Shown: positions 1 to 11,179 of the stretch, one piece after another
Position numbering within the stretch: position 1 is the first letter of the stretch
How the letters are laid out: each line of letters starts with the position of its first letter
DNA from: Octopus bimaculoides
Taxonomy: Eukaryota
Direction: 5' to 3'
Assembly (NCBI RefSeq): GCF_001194135.2
Contig: NC_068987.1
Location: forward strand, 76,627,213-76,661,343
Length of the DNA: 34,131 bases
Notes under the pieces: generated by a model
Databases searched by the model: none
What the model saw: the letters and a program-made list of their open reading frames with translations, nothing else
Told to the model about the DNA's origin: nothing
Position numbers and translations under genes: made by a program

Positions 1-63
1 TACATTGTAAACCTTAATTCTTCTTTCCCCTTCGGACTCAACGCAGCCCCCTCCTCCTTATGA
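1..63 (+). mobile_element. C-terminal end of a Penelope-like element GIY-YIG endonuclease ORF (runs off the window start)
   Basis: Frame +1 reads YIVNLNSSFPFGLNAAPSSL*, matching the WI-x-L-x-T-x-x-P-x-GLN motif that ends PLE GIY-YIG domains. A hammerhead lies downstream, as is typical of PLEs. Confidence 0.6.
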
Positions 64-292
64 CTCTCCCCTTTACGTCTATGCAACACTTTTCTTTATT
101 TTTTATTCCCCCCCCTCGTCCCCTTTACATTATATCCATTATTCTCTTGTTATTACACTCACTACATTTTTCCACTCTTTATCTCAACCCTACCTACACG
201 CACACATACCCACACACAAAAAATACACGCACCCATACTAACCTAAAATTCGTTTATTACTCATCACTCTTTAGCGCCGCTATATATAAATA

Positions 293-1516
293 TATGTAAG
301 GGGTATTTGAGGACAGTTGTGGCATACAATAAAACAACTGTATTTCAGCAGAAATAAATATGTATTTGAATAAATATTTACGAAATTAATTTGATAATGA
401 TTTTTTAAGGCACATTATTCTATGAACCCACCTTCAGATTCGATGTTTGCTTCAATGCGGGACCGAAACCGCGAGCATGCTGACACTATATGGTCCTTAT
501 TTATTTCGGATCACCTGGACAATGGCAGCCTTCAGTGAGGCTATGGTATTATGAGGATGACGATGAGTCTCCCTTTCAACAGCATTCCACGCGTATTAGA
601 CCATGAGGTTCAAATCTGGGGAGTTAGGAGGCCACATATTGGGTGTTACATAACTGTAAAGATTGTCTGAGAACCATTATTGGCTGCCTAGGGTTGTGTG
701 AGAAGGTGCTGAGTCTTGTTGAAACACGTATGGCCTTCCATTGCATACTTCATCAATCTAGGGCTTAATAGCAGTTTCCAGTACTTCAATGTATCCAGCC
801 GCATTAATTCTAAGACATTGTGAAAAAAAAGTGGGGAGGAATCACATGACCACTCCTGAAACCATCACAGTTGCTGGAAATTTCGTGTGCATCACTCAGA
901 AGGCTCTGCACATAACCACCTGTCATTTCTTCTGTTAGACTTTTGATCCTGGTCAAAGTTTTTTCGTCAGAGTAAAAACCAAAGCATGCCGTGTTCAAAA
1001 GGGCTTGTCATTTTGTTAAGTAACCGTTTTGAACGGATGAGACGGTTTTACTTGCAGACACGAATTGGCCTTTTATCATTACATAGGACTTGTATCGAAT
1101 GTCACGATGTACCACATTTCTAATAGTCTACTCTAACACCCGACGTTCTTTAGCAATGGACCTCATTGATCTTCTGAGGTTTTCATCGATACTATTTTGA
1201 ACATGTTGCATAAACTCCGGTGTCCTTTTAGTGTCTGAGCGTTTTTTCTTCTCTTTGATGCAGGTGAAACATTACCATCACATGCCTCCAATTCCAACCG
1301 AACTTTGTGTACAAATAAACTTGCTGCATTTAGAAAGTTGCTAATTTCTAAATCACTGTAGTTTGCATGTATAGCAACTATTACTGCGTGTCTTTTCATT
1401 TCTTGAGTTAGCATGATATCTTGAATCGGTTATCTGAAAAAAAAAAAATGATGCATTAAATAATTTTGAAGGTGTAATGAAGTAAAAATGAAATGTCCTC
1501 AAATACCCCTCGCATA
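293..1516 (-). mobile_element. Full-length decayed DD37D (maT-type) Tc1/mariner transposon
   Basis: 23-bp inverted ends including TA: 293-315 TATGTAAGGGGTATTTGAGGACA and 1494-1516 TGTCCTCAAATACCCCTCGCATA. Minus-strand transposase pieces are MLTQEMKRHAVIVAIHAN (1414), FYSDEK, and GRPYVFQQDSAPSHTTLGSQ*WFSDNLYSYVTPNMWPPNSPDLNLMV*YAW. The second and third catalytic positions are 37 residues apart, the third D is mutated to V, and there are stops and frameshifts. Confidence 0.93.
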
Positions 1517-1869
1517 CTGTACATTCTTTTTTCTTCTTCCTTTCTCTGGAGGTGTTGTCAGATTGATTACCGTATATATTTAATATCAAGCTAGCCTTCC
1601 TCAATTTACTCTCTCAATCCCCACCGAGATGAGAATATCAGTATACACTATGCGTTTTGAGTGAAAAATCCTACGGGTTAAATTTTATTTTAATTTTAAT
1701 TCACCTGAAGAAAACGTTTTTTCTTTAATAATGTAATTGAATTGTTCATCAATAACAAAAATACATCTGAAAGTTGTAGTTCATCTCCGCTCATTTGTGT
1801 TATTAGCTGACCGGTTGTGCTAACCCATCTCCGACAATAGAGGGCAGTCGCCATATTCTGTTTATTATT

Positions 1870-1961
1870 GGCTAACTCTGATGAGCGTAAAGTTATATAA
1901 TCGGTTTGTTACCCGACACTCCATTGTGTTCTTTACGCGAAACCGATTGGTAAGACTAGCC
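1870..1961 (+). ncRNA. Type I hammerhead ribozyme motif with intact core
   Basis: CTGATGA at 1878-1884; stem II GCGTAAAG (1885-92)/CTTTACGC (1931-38); GAAA at 1939-42; stem III ACC-GATT-GGT; cleavage triplet GTA (after 1952). Stem I pairs GGCTA-A-CT with AG-AC-TAGCC and can extend by G.U pairs (ATTAT 1864-68 / GTGAT 1962-66). Confidence 0.85.
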
Positions 1962-1991
1962 GTGATGGATATTTAATATTATACATCTCGG

Positions 1992-1993
<2 letters not shown>

Positions 1994-2033
<40 letters not shown>
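1994..2033. repeat. (TA)n microsatellite
   Basis: Direct reading. Confidence 0.95.
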
Positions 2034-2034
<1 letters not shown>

Positions 2035-2422
2035 GTTTCATAAATTTGAATAATTGCATAATATATAACTTTAAGTTTAGAACTGAAATCAAGTAAACAA
2101 TAGCAAGTGGACAGGGTAATTAAATTAAACATCTAAATAAATTAACCTTGTTCTAGATATTACACAACAATTTGGGAATTAAATTAACGATATTCTTAAA
2201 TTTAAATAATTTTAATTTAATTATAAAATCAGCAAATTAAATAATAGACTTATAGCTCATTGCTAACAATATCAATAATAATAATTGTTGTAGAAGTAGC
2301 AATACTAGGGAGAATGGTGTTAATAATAGTAAAAGACATACTTACGGTAACTTGATACCAAGCAAGACAAAAATAGAGCCGTACAAGACTTAGAACAATG
2401 TATACTCACATATAAGAGGCCA

Positions 2423-2423
<1 letters not shown>

Positions 2424-2474
<51 letters not shown>
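2424..2474. repeat. (GT)n microsatellite
   Basis: Direct reading. Confidence 0.95.
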
Positions 2475-2478
<4 letters not shown>

Positions 2479-2480
2479 AG

Positions 2481-3012
2481 TACAAAATGGGACAAATACA
2501 CAAAACATCCAGACAGACGATACAAAGAACCCACGTGACCGGCGTTCGGCCAAGTCTGATCTTTCTTGGCCGGCTGTTGTGCGTGCAACATCGATAGTCC
2601 TCCATGTGCCTGTGAAATCTTGTATCCCTGCCGTAAGGCTTTATTTCCACACACACCAGCTTAATTTAATTCGACCTCAGTCGAAAGACACCTATTGTTA
2701 TGCCCTGTTATCATTTTTTATCGTATTTGTGTAACATTGTTCGTTTTTTTCCGTCCTTGCTTTTGTATACATTCGCCGCTTTCTTCAAAGGAATCTGATG
2801 CTCTTAGCTTAGTTTTTCCTTGGGGCTGGCCAGATTGGAGCAATCTCGAGTATAACCAGCCAAAATTGCAAAGATAATCTGGAACTCGACTGATGAAAGA
2901 AAACTCCGAATGACCTGTCCTTGTTTTCTTTGTATCGTCTGTCTGGATGTTTAGTTGTCCCTTTCTTGTATCACCTAACTGTCTGGATGTCTTGCGTTCT
3001 TGTCCCATTTTG

Positions 3013-3014
<2 letters not shown>
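2481..3014. mobile_element. Non-autonomous element with about 50-bp imperfect terminal inverted repeats, flanked by microsatellites
   Basis: 2481-2529 (TACAAAATGGGACAA...CATCCAGACAGACGATACAAAGAA) is the reverse complement of 2926-3014, where the TIR is partly duplicated. Internal hairpins lie at 2547-2572 and 2670-2685. Confidence 0.6.
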
Positions 3015-3051
<37 letters not shown>

Positions 3052-3128
3052 CATAATACATACATACACACAACACACGTGTATGTATATTAAAATATGC
3101 ATTAGAAGCAGCGCAAATGTTATAAATA

Positions 3129-3342
3129 TTATCGAACGCACATAATGTATGTTTTGTTTGTTCGCCGGTCTGTTGCCGTTTGACGCGGTAGAGATTACAA
3201 GGTGAGTCATCTCGCCTGTCTATGATTATGACTTTTAGATGTTTTAACACCCGGCACTTTGAATGAGTAATAGCCACCGCGTCAAATCGCAGCCGACCGA
3301 CGAACAAGTAAAGCGCATACATTGTGAATGTGTGCTCGATAA
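3129..3342. mobile_element. MITE (foldback) with about 60-bp imperfect TIRs and probable TA target duplication
   Basis: TTATCGAACGCACATAATGTATG...TTTGACGCGGTAG pairs with CCACCGCGTCAAA...CATACATT...GCTCGATAA. Confidence 0.75.
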
Positions 3343-3360
3343 CACACAAACTCACACAAA

Positions 3361-3611
3361 GTGCTTTTCAAAAAATATCCGACTTTATTTTTTCCAGCCG
3401 AAACTAATGCTACGTAGGCAAAATTCTTTAGGTGAGAAATGACACCACCCTTACTGCGCATGCATTAAAATTTTGGCGCGAGTAGGCCGTGTCAGTTCCT
3501 GGTTGTTGCGCATGAAGGATGGTGTCACCTCCCGGCCAAAGAATCTTGCCCACGCGATATCAGTTTTGGCAGGAAAAAATAAAGTCGGATACTTTTTGAA
3601 CGCACCTCGTA
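3361..3611. mobile_element. Mariner-derived MITE with about 90-bp TIRs
   Basis: The right end AAAATAAAGTCGGATACTTTTTGAACGCACCTCGTA is a mariner-type TIR (TA-CGAGGTGCGTTCAAAAAGT). The left end GTGCTTTTCAAAAAATATCCGACTTTATTT is its inverted copy lacking about 6 terminal nt. Confidence 0.8.
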
Positions 3612-3942
3612 CTTTGGTGGAAAGACTTTGTTCTTGTACCACTACTATGCTTTTTAATACTCATCCACTTCTATGGAAGAGAATTCCTTTTTCTTGTTTT
3701 GTGAGTGTATGTGTGTTCTAAAATATTCATTTTAACCAATCTGATACTTTTTCTCTAATTTGCTTTGCGATAAGCCTATACCATTTGTCTTGTCTGTATC
3801 TTATAGCGATGTTTCTAAGTATGGGTTGTAAATATCATTTATTAGACGAACGCTCTTCCATCTCATCTTTAAATCGTGGGATTCTCCACTAGTTCTTAGT
3901 ATTTTTATATTTTCTTCCACTTTTCCAAGTTATGTAGAATGG

Positions 3943-4508
3943 TACACGGACGGGATACCGAATGCATTTTTGCCGAAGGACAAGAAACCGAAGCCAAGGA
4001 AGCGGACGGACACAATACTGAACGAACATAAAGCCGAACGGACAAGATGCCGAAAAGACATACGAAAATCAAAATATATGATAATCATTTTATTCCTACA
4101 ATATGACCATTTAACAGACTAAAATGTAGAAAAAATAGATACACAAAACCACTTGTTAAATAGGTTTCTTCACAGGATTTACAATGTAAACAGACAAAAA
4201 TAATAGGATTAAATAGTAAACTATTTTTAATCTCGTTAAATCTTAAGTGCCAAATTGGTGAGTTAGTCATTAAATTACGTAGGTAGGAATGTTTTTAATA
4301 TTAATATTTTTATCTATTAGAGGATGATATTTTCGAGATTATTTTTAATCTCGTTAAATCTTAAGTGCCAAAGTGGTGAATTGGTCATTAAACTATGAAG
4401 GTAGGAATGCTTTGTGTTTTTTTTTTATTATGTCCTTTCGGTTTAATGTCCGTTCGGCTTCTTGTCCTTCGGTAAAAGTGTATTCGGCATCCTGTCCGCA
4501 CACGTGTA
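3943..4508. mobile_element. Non-autonomous DNA element with about 45-bp TIRs and periodic CCGAA subterminal motifs
   Basis: CGGACGGGATACCGAATGCATTTTTGCCGAAGGACAAGAAACCGAA (3947-) is the inverted copy of TTCGGCTTCTTGTCCTTCGGTAAAAGTGTATTCGGCATCCTGTCCG (-4498). An internal 70-bp direct duplication lies at 4222-4291 / 4340-4409. Confidence 0.7.
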
Positions 4509-4540
4509 AGATACTGATCATGCTGCAGTTTTCCTCTTCA

Positions 4541-4805
4541 ATGGCGCATGGTCTAATGGTTAGGGTGTTGCATTCACGATCGCGACATCGTAGTTTCAGT
4601 TCCTGGGCCGGGTGGTGTGTTGTGTTCTTGAGCAAAACACGCCATCTCACGTTGCACTGCACTCGCTTCGACACCTGTCACGTGATACGTGTACCTGTTC
4701 AAGCAACGTTAATTTGATGGAGGGGAGTGAGCGAGCTAATATACAGCACATACAGTTGATCACTATTAACAAATCATTTGTACAGAACCGTCTTTCTCGA
4801 AAACT
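4541..4805 (+). mobile_element. tRNA-derived SINE, family B
   Basis: A-box-like TGGTCTAATGG, B-box-like GTTTCAGTTCC, then the GTGTTCTTGAGCAAAACAC domain shared with the copies at 13755 and 18412. Confidence 0.8.
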
Positions 4806-5399
4806 CCGAGAGAAGTACCAACGCCCAATAACTTTCTTCAGAACTACAATTTATAGACTCATTCTTTTTTTAAATTTAAATTGTAGCAGTTTAGTAATCT
4901 AAGTTATTTCTTCTTCACCTTCTCCGCTGTCAGTCACCCCAGTCTCTGTTGTAAATTCATCACTGCTTCTAAATACAGAAAACGCATTCTTTTTTTTTTT
5001 TTTACTCCATTTTATAGGTATTTATATTAATTTCCCATTATCCTTGACTAGATACGTTTGTAGTCCACCAGTAGATAATTTTATAATAGTTTTCTTGCTG
5101 CCGAAGACTCCTACATGTCTGTGTCAATAATAATCGTTCTATGTTGCTTTTTTATGTTATGCTCTCTTAATGCAAACATTATTTTCTTTGTTACTTTTCT
5201 CATTCTCTAGTCTTACGAATACACTTAACTTCTTGTCATAAAAAATTATAGTTGTAATATATAACCGGAACATAAATAGTATTAGTAATTATTACACTGT
5301 ATGTGATCTTTAATTCAAGTTTAAGTATTAATCTAATACGTCTGTGATACTCGTCCCTTTCATTTATGTATTTATAGCACTATCTTTTATACTTTTTTG

Positions 5400-5728
5400 C
5401 TTTTCACTTTCTTCACTCATTGGACTGCAGCCATTCTGAGACACCCCTTTGAAGAGTTTAGTCGTACAAATTGACCAGAGTACTTATTTTTTATTCTTTG
5501 CCGAACCGCTAAGTTGCGGGTACGTAAGCAAGCCAGCACCAGTTATCAAACAGAAGAGCACACACACACACAAATATACGACGGTTTCCGTCAACCAAAT
5601 TCACTGGCAAAGCATTGGTGGATCCGAGGCGATAATAGAAGGCGCCCAAGATGCAAAGCAGTGGAACTCAACTCGAAACTACGTAGTTGTAAAGTGAGCT
5701 TCTTAACCACACAGCCATGCTTGCACCT
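5400..5728 (-). mobile_element. tRNA-derived SINE, family A (old, internally deleted)
   Basis: Shares GCCGAACCGCTAAG, TTTCCGTCAACCAAATTCAC and AACCACACAGCC with the copies at 11206 and 20850. Confidence 0.8.
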
Positions 5729-7399
5729 AAACTATGTCTGGTTCAACGATTCCTAAGTATTTGTGTCTCTATTTGGTCTAATTCCCTATTAGTTATTTCT
5801 TTATCTGACATAACATTATTGGTTTTCGTTAATTTACTCTTTCTTCAAGACTGCGTTTGTGCATTTTCGCAAATTAAATTTCATGCCAATTTTTCTACAG
5901 AATCATTTGTGCTTCTTATTGCAGTAGTGTTTGCAGTTGTTTGACGTCGACAACTAACAATTTAAGCTCGTCCATACACAAAAGCCGGCTGATTGTCTTC
6001 TACTGTACTTACAACTGCAGACAGTGTACACTCAATGTTAAAGACATTTTGTCCAATGAAATGTCATTACGTTACATAGTTACTGATTATTTATAATTTC
6101 GCTAGGATATCTATATTTCCGGATAGTTTGCTTGATATATAGTGTTCGGGTTAAATTTGAAAGTTTGCATAAAAGGAAAAGAATACACAATATCCAATCC
6201 AAAAACTAAAAGTATTTTAGAAGGATAAAAAAACATCAACTAGATTATGACTGGGGAAAATAGTTTATCAAAGAAAGTAGCATTCAACGCATTTGGCTGG
6301 AGTTACGTGTATTTTATAACAGTTTAGCTCAGCTCCACATAAATGCTTCTGGCCTCTGAGTTATTTCTCTTCAGTCATTTTTGCTGAAGCTGTATTTTTC
6401 TGTTGGAGGTCTCATATATGTTGATTGTTTGTAAATTTTGCCAACTGATGTATACTTCGCTGTAATGGTCTACTAAGATTGAAACCTGTCCCACCAGTTG
6501 GCTCTAAAGACTAGATCTACTCCCGTTGCATTATATTAATTATAAAAAATTTCAATTATTTGATTGTATTGGAGCTATGTACCTTACTTCCAGTCGTTTT
6601 CCTTCACTCTCTCTCTCGTTTTTTTTTAAATTATCAAACGTTCCCCCCCCCCCCAAGCAACGTCTACTGATTGCATGAATACCTTCAATTTATTGAAGTT
6701 TTTCACTTCATATATTCTATATTAATTCTATCGCATTACAACAAAGTTAGTTGGTTTATTCAACTAGTATAGACGTTTGCATGTGTTTCAGTTATGTCTT
6801 TCGCGGTCGAGTTTATGAGTATGTTTATGTGTTTGTGTTATAAAATTGTTCTTACAATTTCATAGTCATCTCTCATCTTTAGAAAAGTCCTTCTTTACAC
6901 AAGACAGACGGGGGAAAGAAGCAGTGCCCATAATTTGTTTAGACCTTCCCGAACTGATAAGTCTAGTATAGACATATTTATTGATTCTTTAATTATTTCT
7001 ATATTTCGATTATTATCACAAGCATCTCTTTTCTCTTTCCAATTTAACAATTTTTACTCTCAAATTTTTTTCATAATAGTCTCTCTTAATATTTCCATTG
7101 CTAAGGTGCTGTAGATTCATTGGTAAACTTATTTAATATTCTGTAGCAATGCCAAAATCTGAGTTTGTTTTCTTATAAATTTCATTTTGCATGTTATAAG
7201 TCTACCTTTATGAATTACCTTCTCAGTTATGTTTAATCTTTATTACAGTTTAAAATTTTATTTTCGTTGTTTGAACTCTCATATATTCCTTTTCAACTGT
7301 TCTATTTCTATTGTATATCTCTATAGTCTTGCGTGCATATCTTCAAAAATCAAACGGTATATTAGGAGTTGCAAAATAATGAACTGATGTTATTTGTTG

Positions 7400-8500
7400 T
7401 GACCCCCAGCCAGCTCTGTGTTTACGGGACACAGGAGTTCTTGATTTTTCGATGCTCCACCTCATCGTTTGATCTCGTAACCGAAGGCGAGGCAATATCG
7501 TCTGCCATCCAATGAGTTGCGACTGGTAGTGCTCTGGAAAAAGTGATTTCCAAAGCCTGCTGTTTCTATTGCTGTAGTCGTTGCTGCTGTTACTGCTACC
7601 AGCTCTATTATAGACTACTTCCCCCTTTTTCCCCCCACTCCTCCTCTCGACACACTGTTCTCAGGTAGTTCTTACACTTGTAGCAAGTTGGCTTTCTGCC
7701 CATCACCAGTCAGATTACCTCTCTTCTACAACGGTACGATTCTGGAATATCCTTGTGACCTTTGGTGGAGGTTATCAGAACCTGCCTGTCTATGCAGATT
7801 CCAACTGACCACATGTTTCCAGCTGCTTCCGCACTCGTTACCTGCTCGTGCTCTGCCACAAATGTGACGACAAGCTAAATCGTATCTCGTGTTTTATCCC
7901 CCAGCCAACACCATTCTGTGCGTGCTGCTTAAGCTCTGCTAATTTCCTTGCTTCACCCCGTGTCTTAAAGGCTGGGCTTACACTTCCACATGTCCTACTT
8001 CCGTCTGTGGAGCACACAACACGCTATACACCAGCTAGGACTTCCTAAAGCTACTCCTTTGAGGGCATATCAAAGTGCTCTCGATTTTTTAGGAGAAGCA
8101 AAAGTGCGTTAAAGTTCTCCTTGGCCATTCGTCGATGAAATCGCCAAATAGAGAGGCACTGACTTTTGTGACACACTTTTCCTACGCTTTTTCCCCGGAG
8201 GTGACCTATGATCAATACTTTTTCTGGTTCGTAATGATCACAATCGATGTATTACTTTAGTTTTCGAAATTTATATTTTTACCGCTTGTGTGTGTTAAAG
8301 CGTAAATGTCTGTTTACAAAAGTTTCTGTCTATGCAATTCTCATATTTTTCTGTTTATCTTTTCACTAAAAAGTCTTATTTTTTCAAACTTTTCAAAACT
8401 TTTATCTGTTTTTTTTTTCTTTTGGTAGGGGCTTATTCACTGCTACTACATTTGTAGCTAGCGTAGCTTCTCGTTCCTCTAGAGGAAACCTGATTAAATT
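7400..8500 (-). mobile_element. Decayed L1/Tx1-like LINE ORF1 (and possible 5' UTR)
   Basis: The minus strand reads WSVGICIDRQVLITSTKGHKDIPESYRCRREVI*LVMGRKPTCYKCKNYLRTVC (about 7650-7810). This is a GRKP-C-x2-C zinc-knuckle remnant typical of L1/Tx1 ORF1. Boundaries are approximate. Confidence 0.55.
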
Positions 8501-8914
8501 GCGAGTAAACAATGTTTACAAAAATATAAAATATAAAAAAAAAATTGACCAATGACAAATCTTATGTTTCCACTCCAACCTAATGGGGCGGACGCACAAA
8601 TTCTCTAAAGTTCTTTGCTGACAAAATGAGACAAAAAAATCTTCTTTTCCATCAAATTAAATGTAGCAAACTCAATTCTCCGAAACTGCATTAAACGCAT
8701 CAATTCATCGGAAAACAATATCAATAATAATGATAATGGCAATAGCAATAATAATAATGATCATGATTATGATGATGATGATGATCGTTTCTTTTATTAC
8801 CATCAGAGCTCGTCACACGCAGAAAAAAATCATGTTACAAAGGCCTCGCAAAAACTCAAGAGAATGTACGTGCAAAGGGGTCAGGACAAAACCCTCATGG
8901 TTATAATATTTCGT

Positions 8915-10160
8915 TTTTAGAATTTTTAGTTGAATATAACGACCCCAGAATTTTTTTCTTAATACTTGTTGCAGTTATTAGACTGCGGTCGGTCATGCTG
9001 GGGCACCACCTTGAAGAATTTTTAGATGGCTGTATGAAACCCAGAATTTTTTATTAAGCTTGATCAAAACCACTTCTGTGATATAATTCATTATTGTTTT
9101 TCTTTTTACTTGTTGCAGTCATTTTTAGGTGATTTTCAACCTGCACATAAAGTTAAGCCTAGAAGGTCTCTCCACATGCTAGAAATAACAGCCAAATCTT
9201 ACAAATTTTTTTTAATAATTTCACGTAAACAAAAACGGAAATCGCGGTTGTAAAAAATAACTATTTTCCAAAATTCCAATTTTCAAGTAAACAAAATATA
9301 TTCATTCGAAAAACGGTATCAAAACATCTATATCCCTCACAATGGTATGTTCCGTGTGTTTCAATTACTTACCTGGCTTTTAGAATAATTTTAAAGTTTG
9401 AAAATGAAGATAAATCAACCTTAACATCAATAATAAAATAACAGAACACAAGACGCTTTACTACTCAATGTACATGTTTGAATTCTAATGAAAGAGAAAG
9501 CATTTACTTAAAGAAATGTGTAGAAACATAAAAACGATAAGAAGTACGTTTGAATGACTATATATGCACACATAAAATGAAAGTAAATATTATACATGTC
9601 TCTGACATGTTTTTTCTTCCCAAAAACCAGAATTTGTCATTTTTATGGAGAAATACCCATCTCCCTATTTAGGCAAACGATAAGAAGTACGTTTGAATGG
9701 CTAGCCTTCTGTTAGATCGTCAACGGCCAGAGAAAGTTCAAAGGGTCAATTTATTCTCATTAATCTATGTGCTGAGAGAAGAAAACAAAAGACTTTAAAT
9801 ATATATTTTAAAATGCTGAATTTTGTGCGACCAAAAATTCTTCAAGCTGGTGCCGAAGTATGACCGCAGTCCAGTGACTGAAACAAGTAAAAAGATTTTT
9901 AGAAAAAAAACAAAAAACAAAAAAAAAAATGAGAGGGTTATAAAAAAATTTCAAGAGATTTGGCTGTTATTTCTTGCATGTAGAGATATCTTCTAGGCTT
10001 AACTTCATGTGCTGGTTGAAAATCATTTAAAAAAATTCTGAGGTCATTACATTCGACAAAAAATTCTATAAGGTGGTGCCCCAGCATAACCGCAGTTCAT
10101 AACTAACAAGTAAAAGTTTTTTTAAATTCTGGAACTGATACGTTCAACTAAAAATTCTTC
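8915..10160. repeat. Inverted repeat with about 230-300-bp arms (8915-9215 / 9938-10160) made partly of SINE 3'-tail units
   Basis: GTGATTTTCAACCTGCACATAAAGTTAAGCCTAGAAG...GAAATAACAGCCAAATCT (9130-9200) is the reverse complement of 9956-10027. The SINE-tail unit AATTCTTCAAGGTGGTGCCCCAGCA... is also mirrored. Confidence 0.8.
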
Positions 10161-10657
10161 AAGGCGGTGCCCCGGCACGGTTGCAGTCTAATGAATGAAA
10201 CAAGTAACAGGTGAAAAAATCGAAAAAAAATTGTAAAATATAACCGTGGGGTTCTTGTTCACTTTCACACTTTAACTATTGGGCTTTTATCCTAGGGAGC
10301 TTTTGTCCTACACTCATGTGCAAGTTATGTAAAACGAGGGAAGAAACAAATCCTGTGGCCTGATGTTGTCGTTGGTGCTCTCTTTCTCCTATTTGCCAAG
10401 TTTTGTGACCAGAAAACTCTTAAAAGAACAGCCTTTACGACTTCATGTTTGACAGCTAAGCCTTCTGCCCTGCATCATTATATCATTGCCTTTCTTTCTG
10501 CATTCACGCCGGTCAACAGTTCTAGAATGATGAGTGATCTTTTGGAGTTGTTATTATCTGAATATCCGTGCCGACCCCTCCCAATTTCATGACTTACTGA
10601 TTGCTCGTGCCATGACACTAAGCTGCATGACCCTCATTTTGCATTGTTCCATGAATT

Positions 10658-10752
10658 ATGGAACTAGCTTATGTGTAGCTATATAATACATTAGCTTATA
10701 TATGGCACTAGCTTATATAATACATGGAAATAGCTTATATAATACATTAGCT
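10658..10752. repeat. Short degenerate minisatellite (TAGCTTATATAATACAT-type units)
   Basis: Four to five TAGCT(T)AT cores in tandem. Confidence 0.8.
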
Positions 10753-11179
10753 CAGCCCACTTTTTTGTCCAGTTTTCCGTTTGAAATTCAGATAAACCGT
10801 CTCAAACATCTTATTCCATTGATGTAAGATATATCACTCAGCTCTTTGGCAAATTTTGAGGTGTTAAGAAAAATCCTGTTTTTAAAGATGCACAGTTATG
10901 TGACCTGCCTCTTCACCCATTTTTGTATAAAGAGCTGAGGCAAGGGGGCATGTTCCCTGGTCATATATCTCTATCATGTCGATCTTTTCTTTGTAAGGTT
11001 ATTTACGTTTGGTGCATTTTTGTTGCTAGCAATGTCTACCAAAGAACTGTTGACATTCTCTGCTGTGTCGTTCAAAAACAATACTTAAACGCATTAAAAT
11101 TTTCTTTTCTTATTCTCTTGTTTTGTTAGTGTTAGTCTTAATCTCATTCAATTTGTTCAAGCTGATATTTTTGGCAGTC

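Noticed and set aside
6200-7380. Possible ORF2 remnant of the L1/Tx1-like element on the minus strand
   Set aside because: I could not read any convincing endonuclease or RT motif.
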